IMG/VR virus record: IMGVR_UViG_3300042691_048960
Length of the DNA: 64,000 nucleotides
Reading direction: 5' to 3' (one strand)
Source of the DNA: an uncultured virus (IMG/VR IMGVR_UViG_3300042691_048960)
Lineage: Duplodnaviria > Heunggongvirae > Uroviricota > Caudoviricetes
Of this stretch, positions 18,407 through 28,382 are shown piece by piece (the stretch's first letter is position 1; every line of letters begins with the position of its first letter). The position numbers and the translations under genes were made by a program. The notes beneath the pieces were generated by a model that was given only the letters and a program-made list of their open reading frames with translations, did no database searches and was not told where the DNA came from.

Positions 18407-19205
18407 ACTTTCTACAGACCCCGATCAATACAGCTATCTTCAGCCTGAGCAGATTCGCTTCTTTGAGCCGGATGATGGAGAGGAAAAGCCGCTTCGGGTC
18501 AATTTTTCGACCTTGTCAATCGATGCTCTTTACACGCTTTCGGCTGAAGAGAATGCGCGTTACATGACCGCCGATCAGATGCGCCGCCTTTCTGGAAACA
18601 TCAAAAAAGACGGCGCATCCACCAGTGCGGTGCTGATCTATCCCGATATAGAAATCAACAAACTCGTGGTTCTTTCTGGCAATCACCGCGTGGAAGCCGC
18701 CAAACTCGCTGGTCAAAGCGTGGTGCCGGTGATGGTCATACAAAATTACCTAACGCCTGAGCGCAGGGTATCTATCCAGCTTTCACATAATGCCATCACT
18801 GGGCAGGATGACCCTAATATCCTCGGGCGGCTCTATGAATCGCTATCTCTGCAATACAAAGCATATTCTGGCCTGACCGATGATTCCTTCAACGTACTCG
18901 AAAAACTAGACATCGACAGCTTGTCACTCGGCACGCCTAAATATGAAGAAATCACCTTGCTCTTTCTGCCTTCGGAAAAGGAGGTTTTCCAGAAAGCAGT
19001 CGAAATTATCGACAAATCCAAAGCAACAAAGACGATCCATCTTGCGCATTATGAAGAGTTCGGACGGCTTTTTGATGCGCTGGTGCTCGTGAAAGAGCGC
19101 AACAATGTCTTCAATAGCGCGGTGGCACTTCGTGATCTGGTTGATTTAGCGCTGGAGCGGCTGGAGCAACTGAAGGCGGAACCAACGCATGCCGAGGAAA
19201 CCTAG
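18378..19205 (+). CDS. ParB/Srx-like N-terminal domain protein
   Basis: NARYM...L..NI..DG...VLSGNHRVEAA...QLSHNAI.G.DD. Confidence 0.75.
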   Translation: MSKNNPASVELSTDPDQYSYLQPEQIRFFEPDDGEEKPLRVNFSTLSIDALYTLSAEENARYMTADQMRRLSGNIKKDGASTSAVLIYPDIEINKLVVLSGNHRVEAAKLAGQSVVPVMVIQNYLTPERRVSIQLSHNAITGQDDPNILGRLYESLSLQYKAYSGLTDDSFNVLEKLDIDSLSLGTPKYEEITLLFLPSEKEVFQKAVEIIDKSKATKTIHLAHYEEFGRLFDALVLVKERNNVFNSAVALRDLVDLALERLEQLKAEPTHAEET

Positions 19206-19635
19206 ATTTACTGTTGACCAGATCGAACATGCACTGAGAGAATCCGCAGGTCTGCAATATGTCGCCGCCAATTTACTCCGCTGCGCGCCAAGCACGGTCA
19301 CCAGCTATGTCCAGTCCAGCAAGCGGCTACAGCGCGTTATCGAAGAATGTCAGCAGGGTGTGCTCGATCTGGCCGAGGGCAAGATTGTCGAAAAAATACG
19401 CGACGGTGATTTAACGGCCATCATTTTTTACCTGAAAACCAAAGGCAAGAACCGTGGATACACCGAGCGGCATGAGCACTCGGGACCAGACGGCAAGGAT
19501 TTACCGCATGTCATCGTTGCACCTCAACTCAGCGAGAATCCCGACGCATGGCAAAGCAGGTTCAAACCAAAGGCGGTGGCCGACAATATATTGCCGTTTG
19601 GCAGCCCCAACCCGGACCCCAAGAAGCCCTCCTAA
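19189..19635 (+). CDS. terS: Terminase small subunit
   Basis: N-terminal HTH, D.AE..I...I..GD..AIIFYLKTKGK.RGY.ER.E.SG motif; directly before TerL. Confidence 0.75.
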   Translation: MPRKPRFTVDQIEHALRESAGLQYVAANLLRCAPSTVTSYVQSSKRLQRVIEECQQGVLDLAEGKIVEKIRDGDLTAIIFYLKTKGKNRGYTERHEHSGPDGKDLPHVIVAPQLSENPDAWQSRFKPKAVADNILPFGSPNPDPKKPS

Positions 19636-20972
19636 GCTGTCCGATTTTTGAAGTCTTTTATGGCGGCGCGCGCGGCGGTGGCAAAACAGACGGTATGCTG
19701 GGCGACTTTGCCTACCATGCGCATCTCTATGGCAGATATGCACGCGGCGTATTTTTCCGCCGTACCTACAAACAACTGGAGGAAGTGCTCTTCCGCTCGT
19801 TCCAGCTTTACCCAAAACTGGGTGCAACATGGCATAAGGGCGAACAGCTTTGGACGTTTCGTAATGGGGCAACCCTCAAACTGCGGCATCTCTGGGATGA
19901 GAATGACGCGGAAAACTACCAAGGCCATAGCTACACGTGGGTGTGCATCGAGGAAGTCACCAACTGGCCGTCACCCGCACCGATTGACCGTATCAGAGCA
20001 ACTTTGCGTTCTGCGCATGGCGTGCCTGTGCGGTTGCGGATGACTGGCAACCCTGGGGGTGCAGGTCATAACTGGGTCAAGCAGCGATTTGTTACGCCCG
20101 CGCCTGGGGGATTCACACCCATCATTGACCCTGTCAGCCACGAAGTGCGGGTATTTATTCCTGCTCGTCTGGAAGACAATCCCGCGCTGACGCTGAAAGA
20201 CCCGAACTATGAGCGTCGTCTGCTTCAATCGGGATCATCGGCACTTATCAAAGCATGGCGCTTTGGCATCTGGGATATTGTCGCGGGCGGCTTCTTCGAT
20301 GATGTCTGGAGCCCAACCCATCATGTACTGACACCCTTCGAGATTCCTTCGGGCTGGCGCATGCGCCGTTCCTTTGACTGGGGATCAGCCAAGCCATCTT
20401 CCTTGGGCTTATGGGCGGAAAGTGACGGCGTGCCGATTGAGGCACTGAACAAACACTTCCCGCGTGGCTCCATGATACGCATTGGCGAATGGTACACCGT
20501 TGATAAGGATGTGCAGGGCTACACCAAGGCCAATGTCGGCTTGCATCTGAACAATAAGCAGCTCGGAGCTGGAATAGCCAATCGCAGCCAGAACCGCATC
20601 TGGCGCGGCTGCGTTGCTGATCCGTCAATCTTTATCAAGGCAGGTGGGCCAAGCATTTACGACCAGCTCCGTGAAGGCGCGCGCGAAGTGGGCGGTCAGA
20701 TCGTCTTTTCCAAAGCCGATAATAACCGTGTCGCTGGCTGGCAGAAAATGCGCTCCATGCTGCAAGCCGCCATTTCCGATAAGCCAGAAAGCCCTGGCCT
20801 ATGGATTTTTGAGAATTGTACCGACTGGATTCGTACCGTGCCTGTCCTTCAGCGTGACCAGAAAAATCCTGACGATGTGGACACAGATTCTGAAGACCAC
20901 GCCGCTGATGAAAGCCGCTACGCGCTCATGGGTGGTGGCGATAAACAACAAAGCCAAGAGTTTTTGCTGTAG
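19548..20972 (+). CDS. terL: Terminase large subunit
   Basis: GGARGGGKT Walker A, IEEVT Walker B, TGNPGG.GH.WVK, DWG and EDHAADE.RY nuclease motifs. Confidence 0.95.
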   Translation: MAKQVQTKGGGRQYIAVWQPQPGPQEALLSCPIFEVFYGGARGGGKTDGMLGDFAYHAHLYGRYARGVFFRRTYKQLEEVLFRSFQLYPKLGATWHKGEQLWTFRNGATLKLRHLWDENDAENYQGHSYTWVCIEEVTNWPSPAPIDRIRATLRSAHGVPVRLRMTGNPGGAGHNWVKQRFVTPAPGGFTPIIDPVSHEVRVFIPARLEDNPALTLKDPNYERRLLQSGSSALIKAWRFGIWDIVAGGFFDDVWSPTHHVLTPFEIPSGWRMRRSFDWGSAKPSSLGLWAESDGVPIEALNKHFPRGSMIRIGEWYTVDKDVQGYTKANVGLHLNNKQLGAGIANRSQNRIWRGCVADPSIFIKAGGPSIYDQLREGAREVGGQIVFSKADNNRVAGWQKMRSMLQAAISDKPESPGLWIFENCTDWIRTVPVLQRDQKNPDDVDTDSEDHAADESRYALMGGGDKQQSQEFLL

Positions 20973-20974
20973 TT

Positions 20975-22390
20975 ATGACCATTAAGAAAACCACTGTTGC
21001 CACGCCAAGCCTTGACTGGCTCGACATGCAGGACAATCTGGAACTTGTCGATACGCTCATGCAGGGCAACGATGCCCTTCGTGCAGCTGGCACGCGCTAT
21101 TTGCCGCGTGAGCCCAAAGAAAGCCAGCAAGCCTATCGTAACCGTTTGGCACGCTCGTTTCTCTACAATGCCTTTGCCGATACTATTCAGAAAATGGTGG
21201 GCAAACCGTTTTCAAAGCCCGTGGTAGTGAAAGAATCTACCCCAGAACTGATAGACGAATGGGCGGAAAACATCGATCTGTGCGGTAGCAATATCACCAC
21301 CTTTGCCCGAGAGGTGCTAGAAGCTGGTTTACGCGACGGACTGACACATATCCTTGTCGATTATCCGCCTAATAAAACCGATGGCACACTGGCCGATGAG
21401 AAAGCGGCTAAACTTCGTCCATACTGTATCAACGTGCTGGCCAGAAACCTGTTTGCATGGCGCACGGAAACCGTTGAAGGTGTGAAGCAGCTCACTCAGA
21501 TTCGTATTCGTGAAGCTGTCAGTATCCCCGATGGTGACTGGGGAGAGAAAATCGTTCAGCGCATCCGCGTCATTACGCCGGATCGCTTTGAAGTCTATCA
21601 GCTTGAAAGTAAAGACAAGTGGGCGCTGGTCGATCAGGGCGATATATCACTCAAGCGTATTGCGCTGGTGACGTTCTACACTGGTAAAACCGGCTTCATG
21701 ACGGCCAAGCCGCCATTGCTGGATCTGGCGCATCTCAACATCCAGCACTGGCAATCGTCTTCGGATCAGGAGCATATCCTGCATTTTATTCGCTTCCCGC
21801 TGCTTCATGGCGCTGGCTTTAATCAAGACCAGAAAGAAATCGAAGTCGGGCCTAATCGAATGATTATCTCCGATGACCCACAAGCTAAACTCACCTATGT
21901 CGAGCATTCAGGCAAAGCGGTGGAAGCTGGCCGTCAGGCAATCAAAGACATCGAAGAAAAAATGGATTCGATGGGCGCGCAGCTTCTGCTCAAGCGGCCT
22001 GGTGCATCGACAGCAACCGCAGCTTCACTCGATACCGCGCAGTCACACTCTTCCTTGCAGGATATGGTGCGTAAGCTCGAAAATGCGTTCGCAGAAGTCT
22101 TTAACCTTATGGCGCAATGGGCAAAGCTCACCGATACAGAGTTTGGCGGCATCGACATCAATCAGGATTTCGGGCTCTCGCTCATTTCAGGAAAGGACGA
22201 AGATACGCTGCTCAAGTCCAGACTCTCAGGCGAGCTATCCCGCGAAACATACCTGACCGAGATGAAACGGCGCGGTGTGCTGCGCGAGGAGCTGGATGTT
22301 CAAGAAGAAATCGAACTCATCAATGCGGAGGGCGAAAGTTTTAACGATGTGCCCGAGGTAAGTGACCAAAACGATGCCAACCGTCAATGA
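20975..22390 (+). CDS. Portal protein (DUF4055-type)
   Basis: YLP.EP.E....Y..RL.R....N, PPLLDLA.LNI.HWQSSSDQ..ILH motifs; follows TerL. Confidence 0.9.
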   Translation: MTIKKTTVATPSLDWLDMQDNLELVDTLMQGNDALRAAGTRYLPREPKESQQAYRNRLARSFLYNAFADTIQKMVGKPFSKPVVVKESTPELIDEWAENIDLCGSNITTFAREVLEAGLRDGLTHILVDYPPNKTDGTLADEKAAKLRPYCINVLARNLFAWRTETVEGVKQLTQIRIREAVSIPDGDWGEKIVQRIRVITPDRFEVYQLESKDKWALVDQGDISLKRIALVTFYTGKTGFMTAKPPLLDLAHLNIQHWQSSSDQEHILHFIRFPLLHGAGFNQDQKEIEVGPNRMIISDDPQAKLTYVEHSGKAVEAGRQAIKDIEEKMDSMGAQLLLKRPGASTATAASLDTAQSHSSLQDMVRKLENAFAEVFNLMAQWAKLTDTEFGGIDINQDFGLSLISGKDEDTLLKSRLSGELSRETYLTEMKRRGVLREELDVQEEIELINAEGESFNDVPEVSDQNDANRQ

Positions 22391-23432
22391 AGCCCTGTTT
22401 GATGCAAGCGTTAAGCATCAAATTTACCTGCAACGCCTTTCCAGCAAGACAGTCCGTGAGATTCTGGAAACGCTGGTGCGCAGCGAACAGGATATTCTCA
22501 GCAAACTCGCCAATGCTGAAATTACCGACTTCTCAGAGCGTCGTCTGAAGGCAATGCTCGCTGAAATACGGACGTTAACTAAAGAGGCCTATGCGGTTTT
22601 GTATAACCAGCTGGACGGAAAACTCTCTGGTATCGGTCAGTATGAATCTGAATTTACTGCCAACCTGATCGAAAAGCTCATCCCTGTTGAAATTACGCTG
22701 GTACGGCCTTCGGTTGAGATACTGCGTGCGATTATCGAAACCAAGCCGCTGGCCGGCAGGTTCATCGCTGACGAAGTGAAAGACCTGAGCGCTGATACAG
22801 TCACCCGTATTGAACAGGCACTGCGTATTGGCATGGTGGAAGGCGAAACAACCCCTGAGATTGTTCGCAGGATTCGCGGCACCAAAGCCTTGAACTATAA
22901 AGACGGATTGCTGCAACGTTCCCGTGATGATGTGGAGCGGCTGGTGCGTACCTCTGTCACCCATGTGACGGCGCGCGCGCGGGATGAGCTCTATCAGTCC
23001 AATGCTGATCTGGTGAAGGGCTGGCGTTTTGTTGCCACACTGGATTCTCGCACATCCAAGATTTGTATCTCGCTCGACGGCACCACCCATAACCTGAATA
23101 CGGGGCCGATGCCGCCGCGTCATCCCAACTGCCGCTCGACAACGTCGCCAATTCTCAAAAGCTGGCAGGAACTTGGCAGTGAATTTGCGGAGCTTCCCGA
23201 AGCCACACGCGCATCGATGGATGGGCAAGTGCCGGAATCGCTGACCTATCAGCAATGGCTTAAAAAACAGCCGCGGGAATTTGTCGAAGATGTGCTCGGC
23301 AAAACCAAGGCTAAACTCTTTCTCGACGGCAACCTTTCCGTGGAAAAGTTTTTTGACTTTAGCGGGCAAGAACTCACGCTCGACGCTCTCAAAAAAACGG
23401 AGGCAAAACTGTTTGCAAAGTTGCAAATATAA
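22362..23432 (+). CDS. Minor head / head morphogenesis protein (SPP1 gp7, Mu gpF-like)
   Basis: ATLDSRTS.IC..LDG...PP.HPNCRS motif. Confidence 0.9.
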   Translation: MTKTMPTVNEALFDASVKHQIYLQRLSSKTVREILETLVRSEQDILSKLANAEITDFSERRLKAMLAEIRTLTKEAYAVLYNQLDGKLSGIGQYESEFTANLIEKLIPVEITLVRPSVEILRAIIETKPLAGRFIADEVKDLSADTVTRIEQALRIGMVEGETTPEIVRRIRGTKALNYKDGLLQRSRDDVERLVRTSVTHVTARARDELYQSNADLVKGWRFVATLDSRTSKICISLDGTTHNLNTGPMPPRHPNCRSTTSPILKSWQELGSEFAELPEATRASMDGQVPESLTYQQWLKKQPREFVEDVLGKTKAKLFLDGNLSVEKFFDFSGQELTLDALKKTEAKLFAKLQI

Positions 23433-23454
23433 TCCCCGCTGATACAATGGCGGA

Positions 23455-23703
23455 ATGGATGTCATACAGCATAGATTTCAGGTGATTGAAGGCGGGAAAC
23501 AGACAAGTCATGTTTCCAGCGAAGACGATGCTGCGCAGAGATTAGAATGCAAGGTGTGCGAGTTTCATGAAGGCGTATCCAGCACGGAATTTTTAGCGGT
23601 TCATCCAGCGGTATTTGTCAAAGGCAATAGCGTGCATTCCATTATGACGCGGTATCTATGCCTGTGCTGTCATTACAAAGGCAGGAAAACATATCTAACG
23701 TAA
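23455..23703 (+). CDS. Small putative zinc-ribbon protein
   Basis: CKVC...CLCC cysteine pairs. Confidence 0.5.
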   Translation: MDVIQHRFQVIEGGKQTSHVSSEDDAAQRLECKVCEFHEGVSSTEFLAVHPAVFVKGNSVHSIMTRYLCLCCHYKGRKTYLT

Positions 23704-23730
23704 TCTGAATTCTGCGATCATCGCAGATGC

Positions 23731-23764
23731 AAGCCGCTTGTGAGGAAACTCAGGCGGCTTTTTT
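23731..23764 (+). terminator. Intrinsic terminator
   Basis: AAGCCGCTTG...CAGGCGGCTT followed by T run. Confidence 0.6.
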
Positions 23765-23838
23765 GTTGCGCGCATTCCGGCGTGAGGCTGGGTGCGTGCA
23801 TGTTCAACTGGCGGGATGCCATAACCCAAGGAGACCCT

Positions 23839-24615
23839 ATGTCTGATCTTCCCATTTCGATTGATTCTCTGGACGCAGTGCCAGAGGAAAGCCGCAAATT
23901 CTACAAGCAAGCAGAGGATGGAAAATTTGCCATCAATCCTGCCGAGTTATTGTCTGCGCTGAATGCGAAAGACAAAGCCCTGAATAGCGAACGTAAAATT
24001 CGCACAGACTTTGAAACTCGCTTCAACAAAACCGCCAAGGAGCTCGAATCGATTGACCGTGAAAAATACACCAAACTTATGGAAAAAGAAAAAGAATGGG
24101 AAACGGAAAAAGAGCAGCGCGAGCGTGAGACGTTGGAAGCCAAGGGTAAATATGAGGAAGCCCTGGAGCGCGCCAAAGCCAACTTCACCAAGGAATTGAG
24201 CGATCTCAAAACCGATTATGAGAAGAAGCTCAAAAAGAGTCAGGAAACCATTGAGCGGGTTGAAGGCGACAAGAAAAACTACATCCTCAACGATACGGTG
24301 CGACGTGCCATTACCAAATCGGGCGTTTTTGCTGATGATGTCGAAGATGTGCTGACACTCACCCGCAATCGCTTTGCGCTGGATGATCATCTCAATGTCA
24401 TCGTGCGTGATGAGTCTGGCAATCCCATTCCTGACCTGACCATCGACAGCTTCTTCTCCGATCAGTTCAAGAAGCAAAAACCCAAATTCTATCAGGGCAG
24501 CAATGCTTCGGGCAGCGGCTCACCTGCGGGAAGTGGCAAAAACACTAATGCGGGTTCTAAGGCCGAGCTGAATTCAGTCGATAAAATTGCCCAAGGGCTT
24601 GCGCAGCGCAAATAG
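23839..24615 (+). CDS. Capsid scaffolding protein
   Basis: Charged coiled coil with Gly/Ser-rich tail directly upstream of the capsid gene; AAGGAG RBS at this start. Confidence 0.75.
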   Translation: MSDLPISIDSLDAVPEESRKFYKQAEDGKFAINPAELLSALNAKDKALNSERKIRTDFETRFNKTAKELESIDREKYTKLMEKEKEWETEKEQRERETLEAKGKYEEALERAKANFTKELSDLKTDYEKKLKKSQETIERVEGDKKNYILNDTVRRAITKSGVFADDVEDVLTLTRNRFALDDHLNVIVRDESGNPIPDLTIDSFFSDQFKKQKPKFYQGSNASGSGSPAGSGKNTNAGSKAELNSVDKIAQGLAQRK

Positions 24616-24641
24616 TCTGCACCAGCCATACCACCAGTTTT

Positions 24642-24674
24642 AAGGCGTTCACCGTGAGGGTGACCGCCTTTTTT
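24642..24674 (+). terminator. Terminator-like hairpin between scaffold and capsid genes
   Basis: AAGGCG-T-TCACC-GTGAG-GGTGA-C-CGCCTT plus T run. Confidence 0.55.
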
Positions 24675-24806
24675 GTTGTCACTCACTTTCACTTTCGGGG
24701 GAGCCGGTTGCGGAAGTTGGCAAGCAAAACCCACGTTTGAACAGCGGGGGATCCAACGTTCGAGCGTCATTGAACCTTTTTTTAACCTCAATGATGGAGA
24801 ACCATT

Positions 24807-25727
24807 ATGCCTTCTGTAACTCTCGCGGAGAGCGCCAAGCTCTCCCAAGACTTGCTGGTTTCGGGGGTGATTGAAAACGTCATCACTGTTAACCAGTTCT
24901 TCCAAGTGCTTCCTTTCCAGCCAATTGAAGGAAACGCGCTCGCCTATAACCGTGAAAACGCACTAGGCGACGTGCAATTTGCTGGCGTGGGTAGCACCAT
25001 TACCGCCAAAGCCCCTGCAACCTTCACGCAGGTGACTTCCAGCCTGACCACTATCGTCGGTGATGCCGAAGTGAACGGTCTGATCCAAGCCACACGCTCT
25101 ACGGTGCAGGATCAGAAAGCCACTCAGGTCGCCTCGAAAGCGAAGTCCGTAGGCCGTCAGTACCAAAACACCATGATTAACGGTGACGGTACAGGCAACA
25201 GCTTCAACGGCATGCTGTCGCTGGTCGTGCCTGGGCAGTCTGTGACGGGCACTGGTGCTAACGGCGATCCTTTATCCTTCCAGCTGCTCGACGAATTGCT
25301 CGATAAGGTGGTGGATAAGGATGGTCAGGTTGATTACATCCTGATGCACTCTCGCACTATTCGTTCCTATCTTGCGCTTCTGCGTGCGTTAGGTGGTGCA
25401 AGCATCGGTGATGTCGTCACCCTGCCAAACGGTTCGCAGGTGCCTGCGTACCGTAATATCCCGATTTTCCGAAACGACTATTTCCCTGTGAACCAAACCA
25501 AAGGCACCACCACGACCTGTACGTCGGTGATTGCCGGTACGCTGGATGATGGCTCGATGATGCACGGTATTTCCGGCATCACCGCTGCCAATGCCAACGG
25601 TTTGCAGATCGACGAAGTGGGCATCTCGGAAACGAAGGATGAAACCATCACTCGTGTCAAATGGTACTGCGGCATGGCGCTTTTCTCTGAAAAGGGCATC
25701 GGCGCGCTGACGGGCATTACCAACTAA
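24807..25727 (+). CDS. Major capsid protein
   Basis: 306 aa after the scaffold; LPF..IEGNALAYNRE, INGD...F.G, RVKWYCG.A.F pattern of HK97-fold capsids. Confidence 0.85.
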   Translation: MPSVTLAESAKLSQDLLVSGVIENVITVNQFFQVLPFQPIEGNALAYNRENALGDVQFAGVGSTITAKAPATFTQVTSSLTTIVGDAEVNGLIQATRSTVQDQKATQVASKAKSVGRQYQNTMINGDGTGNSFNGMLSLVVPGQSVTGTGANGDPLSFQLLDELLDKVVDKDGQVDYILMHSRTIRSYLALLRALGGASIGDVVTLPNGSQVPAYRNIPIFRNDYFPVNQTKGTTTTCTSVIAGTLDDGSMMHGISGITAANANGLQIDEVGISETKDETITRVKWYCGMALFSEKGIGALTGITN

Positions 25728-25749
25728 CCACTTCTTTCTAACCACGCAG

Positions 25750-25779
25750 CAAAGGGGAGTCCGTTCGGGCTCCCCTTTG
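25750..25779 (+). terminator. Hairpin terminator after capsid gene
   Basis: CAAAGGGGAGTCCG-TT-CGGGCTCCCCTTTG inverted repeat. Confidence 0.65.
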
Positions 25780-25810
25780 TCTTTCACCCATCAACTATCG
25801 GAGAAATCTT

Positions 25811-26317
25811 ATGGAACGCACCGTTAAACTTACCACCTATGGACCGAACCACGGTCTTACCCTCGATATCGGCACCTATCATTTTAACAATGGTGTCTGC
25901 GAAATTCCTGAGAAGGACGCATCGGCTGCTGCCAGCATCCTGTGCCGTTATCACGACGTTTGCTTCGAGCATGAGCTAGAAGGCAAGCTCACGGAATACA
26001 AAGCCATTGCTGACCAGAACGCTCAGGCGGCAACCAGCACTCCCATTCCTGAACCTACAACACCAGTTCCTGCAATCGAATCTACGGCTGCACAGGAATC
26101 ACCAGCGGAAACTGCACCTGCCGCCAATCAGGATGAGCCTGAGCTTTTCTCAACACCTCAGCCCGTGCCTACACCAGAAGAGCAAGCGCCTGTTTCAGAG
26201 CCAGTAGCTGATCCTGCACCGCAAGCAGAGCCTGAAAAGGAACCTGCCACGGATGCACCGGTACCAGCGGCACAGCTGAAGCCTCAAGGCAATAAACGCC
26301 AGCAAAAACAATCATAG
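25811..26317 (+). CDS. Hypothetical protein with Pro/Ala/Glu-rich tail
   Basis: ORF with GGAG RBS after the capsid gene. Confidence 0.6.
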   Translation: MERTVKLTTYGPNHGLTLDIGTYHFNNGVCEIPEKDASAAASILCRYHDVCFEHELEGKLTEYKAIADQNAQAATSTPIPEPTTPVPAIESTAAQESPAETAPAANQDEPELFSTPQPVPTPEEQAPVSEPVADPAPQAEPEKEPATDAPVPAAQLKPQGNKRQQKQS

Positions 26318-26326
26318 GAGGCGCAC

Positions 26327-26533
26327 ATGCTGAGTGGCTTCAAAACCGTCATTTTCAATCTAGTGGCGATATTCGCGGCGTGGATGTCCACCCAGTTCGG
26401 AATCGATATCGACCCTGAACTGCAAATGGCCATCGCTGTGACCATCGTGGGCGTAGGCAACTTGATTCTGCGCGCCATCACCAAAAACCCCATCTTCAAT
26501 CTCGGAAAGGAAGAACCCAATGAAACACCTTAG
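26327..26533 (+). CDS. Two-TM membrane protein, holin-like
   Basis: Two hydrophobic segments; GFKT...N..LRAIT..PI pattern. Confidence 0.55.
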   Translation: MLSGFKTVIFNLVAIFAAWMSTQFGIDIDPELQMAIAVTIVGVGNLILRAITKNPIFNLGKEEPNETP

Positions 26534-26873
26534 CCTTATCGCCCTGTGCTGCATGCTCATTGCCTGCACGACCCTACAGGGCAAAACCACGCTCCAACGC
26601 TTTTATGGCCTGGAGAGTGACTACCAACGCGTGTTGATTACGGCCATTGCTTACAAGGACAGCTGCACGCCGCAGCCAGTGTCCAGCCCATGCCATAAGG
26701 CCGTGAAAGCCATTCAGTTGGCGGTATCAAAAACTGATACCGCGCTGGATCTGGCGCGTACAGCACGCGCACTTGCAAGTCCTGAAGCTGACTTTGTCGC
26801 CAAAGTGAATGCGGCAGCAACCGCGCTTCAGGAAGCAGAACAACTCATCCTAACCTATACGGAGAAACGATAA
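26520..26873 (+). CDS. Predicted lipoprotein
   Basis: Signal peptide with lipobox-like LIAC. Confidence 0.55.
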   Translation: MKHLSLIALCCMLIACTTLQGKTTLQRFYGLESDYQRVLITAIAYKDSCTPQPVSSPCHKAVKAIQLAVSKTDTALDLARTARALASPEADFVAKVNAAATALQEAEQLILTYTEKR

Positions 26874-27085
26874 TGGCCATGTCACCCCAGCAAACCCAGT
26901 TCTTCCTTGAACTCCTGCGCGGCGTAATAGCGCTGGTTCAGGTCAGCCCAAGTCTTAAAGCCAATTACGCCAGCAGTGCGGAAAAAATGCAGCAATTCCT
27001 GAGTGAAGGCCGCGACCCTACTGAAGCGGAGTTTCACGCAATTCGCACCCAGAACGAAGCGCTTCTTTCCGAGCTGCTGAGTTAA
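26873..27085 (+). CDS. Hypothetical protein
   Basis: 70-aa ORF coupled by TAATG overlap. Confidence 0.5.
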   Translation: MAMSPQQTQFFLELLRGVIALVQVSPSLKANYASSAEKMQQFLSEGRDPTEAEFHAIRTQNEALLSELLS

Positions 27086-27112
27086 TCATTCACCAAGTTA
27101 AGGATTCACGTC

Positions 27113-27610
27113 ATGACGCTAGTCGTCGAAAACGGTACTGGTCTCGCTAATTCCAACGCCTATCTTACTTTGGCCGAGGCGGATGCGTATTTTCAGGCGC
27201 GCAACAACACAGTATGGCAGCAGAAAACCAATCCCGAAAAGGAAGCTGCCATACTGTATGCCACGAGCTTTCTGGACAGTAATTTTTACTGGCTGGGGCA
27301 TATCAAGGTGTACAATCAGGCACTCGGCTGGCCGCGTATCCTTGTCTATGACAAAGATTACCGAAACATCGATTCGGATTCCGTGCCACGCCCAGTGAAA
27401 GACGCAACCGCAGAGCTGGCGCTTGAGGCAACTCAAGCACCGCTTTCACCCTCACTAGCTCGCGGTGGTGGGGTAAAACGCCAGAAGGTTGCCTCACTGG
27501 AAATCGAGTATTTCGATAACGCCAATCCGCAGCGCACCTATCCACTCGTCAGGCAGTTACTGAACGGCCTGTACAAAGATTCACCCACCGCAGAATTGTT
27601 TCGCGCATGA
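27113..27610 (+). CDS. Head-tail adaptor (DnaT-like annotated family)
   Basis: LVVE.GTGL..SNAY.T..EA..YF..R...W.G......QAL.WPR motif. Confidence 0.8.
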   Translation: MTLVVENGTGLANSNAYLTLAEADAYFQARNNTVWQQKTNPEKEAAILYATSFLDSNFYWLGHIKVYNQALGWPRILVYDKDYRNIDSDSVPRPVKDATAELALEATQAPLSPSLARGGGVKRQKVASLEIEYFDNANPQRTYPLVRQLLNGLYKDSPTAELFRA

Positions 27611-27966
27611 GCTTTACTCACGAATTTCAGTCTTTTGCGAAAGACAGCATTGAAACCTACGGCGCATCAGTCACCCTGCGCAAGCCCACCGTAGAGAGCT
27701 ACGATACGGCTACAGGACAAGTGACCAGCACCGTAAATGATTACCCGATCAAGGGGATTATTGAGGATTTCAGCGAACATTTCATAGCGCGCGGGCTGGT
27801 TAAGGCCGGTGACCGCAAGGTGACGATTGCCGCCACTGCGTTATTGGTGACACCCGAACAGGGCGACAAGCTGCTGATCGGCGGGGCAGCCTATGACATT
27901 GTACATGTCAAAGCAGATTACGCGGGGGACAGTGCAGTCGTCTATGAGCTGCATGTGCGCGCCTGA
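27607..27966 (+). CDS. Head closure protein
   Basis: Position and size; YD..TG and GD.K motifs. Confidence 0.65.
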   Translation: MSFTHEFQSFAKDSIETYGASVTLRKPTVESYDTATGQVTSTVNDYPIKGIIEDFSEHFIARGLVKAGDRKVTIAATALLVTPEQGDKLLIGGAAYDIVHVKADYAGDSAVVYELHVRA

Positions 27967-28382
27967 TGCCTTCCAATATCAACGATTTTGACCGTGACCT
28001 GCGGATTTTCTCAACCATCGTGGTGCCACAGGATCATGCAAAGCTCACCCGCAAGCTCGCGTTGGAAGTGCTCAGGCGTGTGGTGATTCGTACCCCCGTT
28101 GATACTGGCAGAGCGCGAAGCAACTGGCTGGTTGCCGTCAATAACGTACCTGCTGGCACGATTGAGATTGAGAAGTTCACCAAAGATCAGGCCACACAAT
28201 ATGCGTTGTCTAACGGCATACCCATCATTGAAGGGGCAGAACCGTTCACCGCAATCTCAATCGCCAACAACCTGCCATATATCGGCGTGCTTGAATTCGG
28301 CTCCAGCAAACAGGCACCACAAGGGATGTTGCGCGTAACACTTTCAGAAATCCAAGCACAGTTCGGAGGCTCTGGGCTATGA
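27966..28382 (+). CDS. HK97 gp10-like neck/tail completion protein
   Basis: TPVDTGRAR.NW...NNLPYI..LEFG.S.QAP.GM. Confidence 0.85.
   Translation: MPSNINDFDRDLRIFSTIVVPQDHAKLTRKLALEVLRRVVIRTPVDTGRARSNWLVAVNNVPAGTIEIEKFTKDQATQYALSNGIPIIEGAEPFTAISIANNLPYIGVLEFGSSKQAPQGMLRVTLSEIQAQFGGSGL

Noticed and set aside
22575..23465. 296-aa minus-strand ORF (and similar antisense ORFs such as 30200-30967)
   Set aside because: Antisense shadows of well-supported structural genes with no recognisable motifs.
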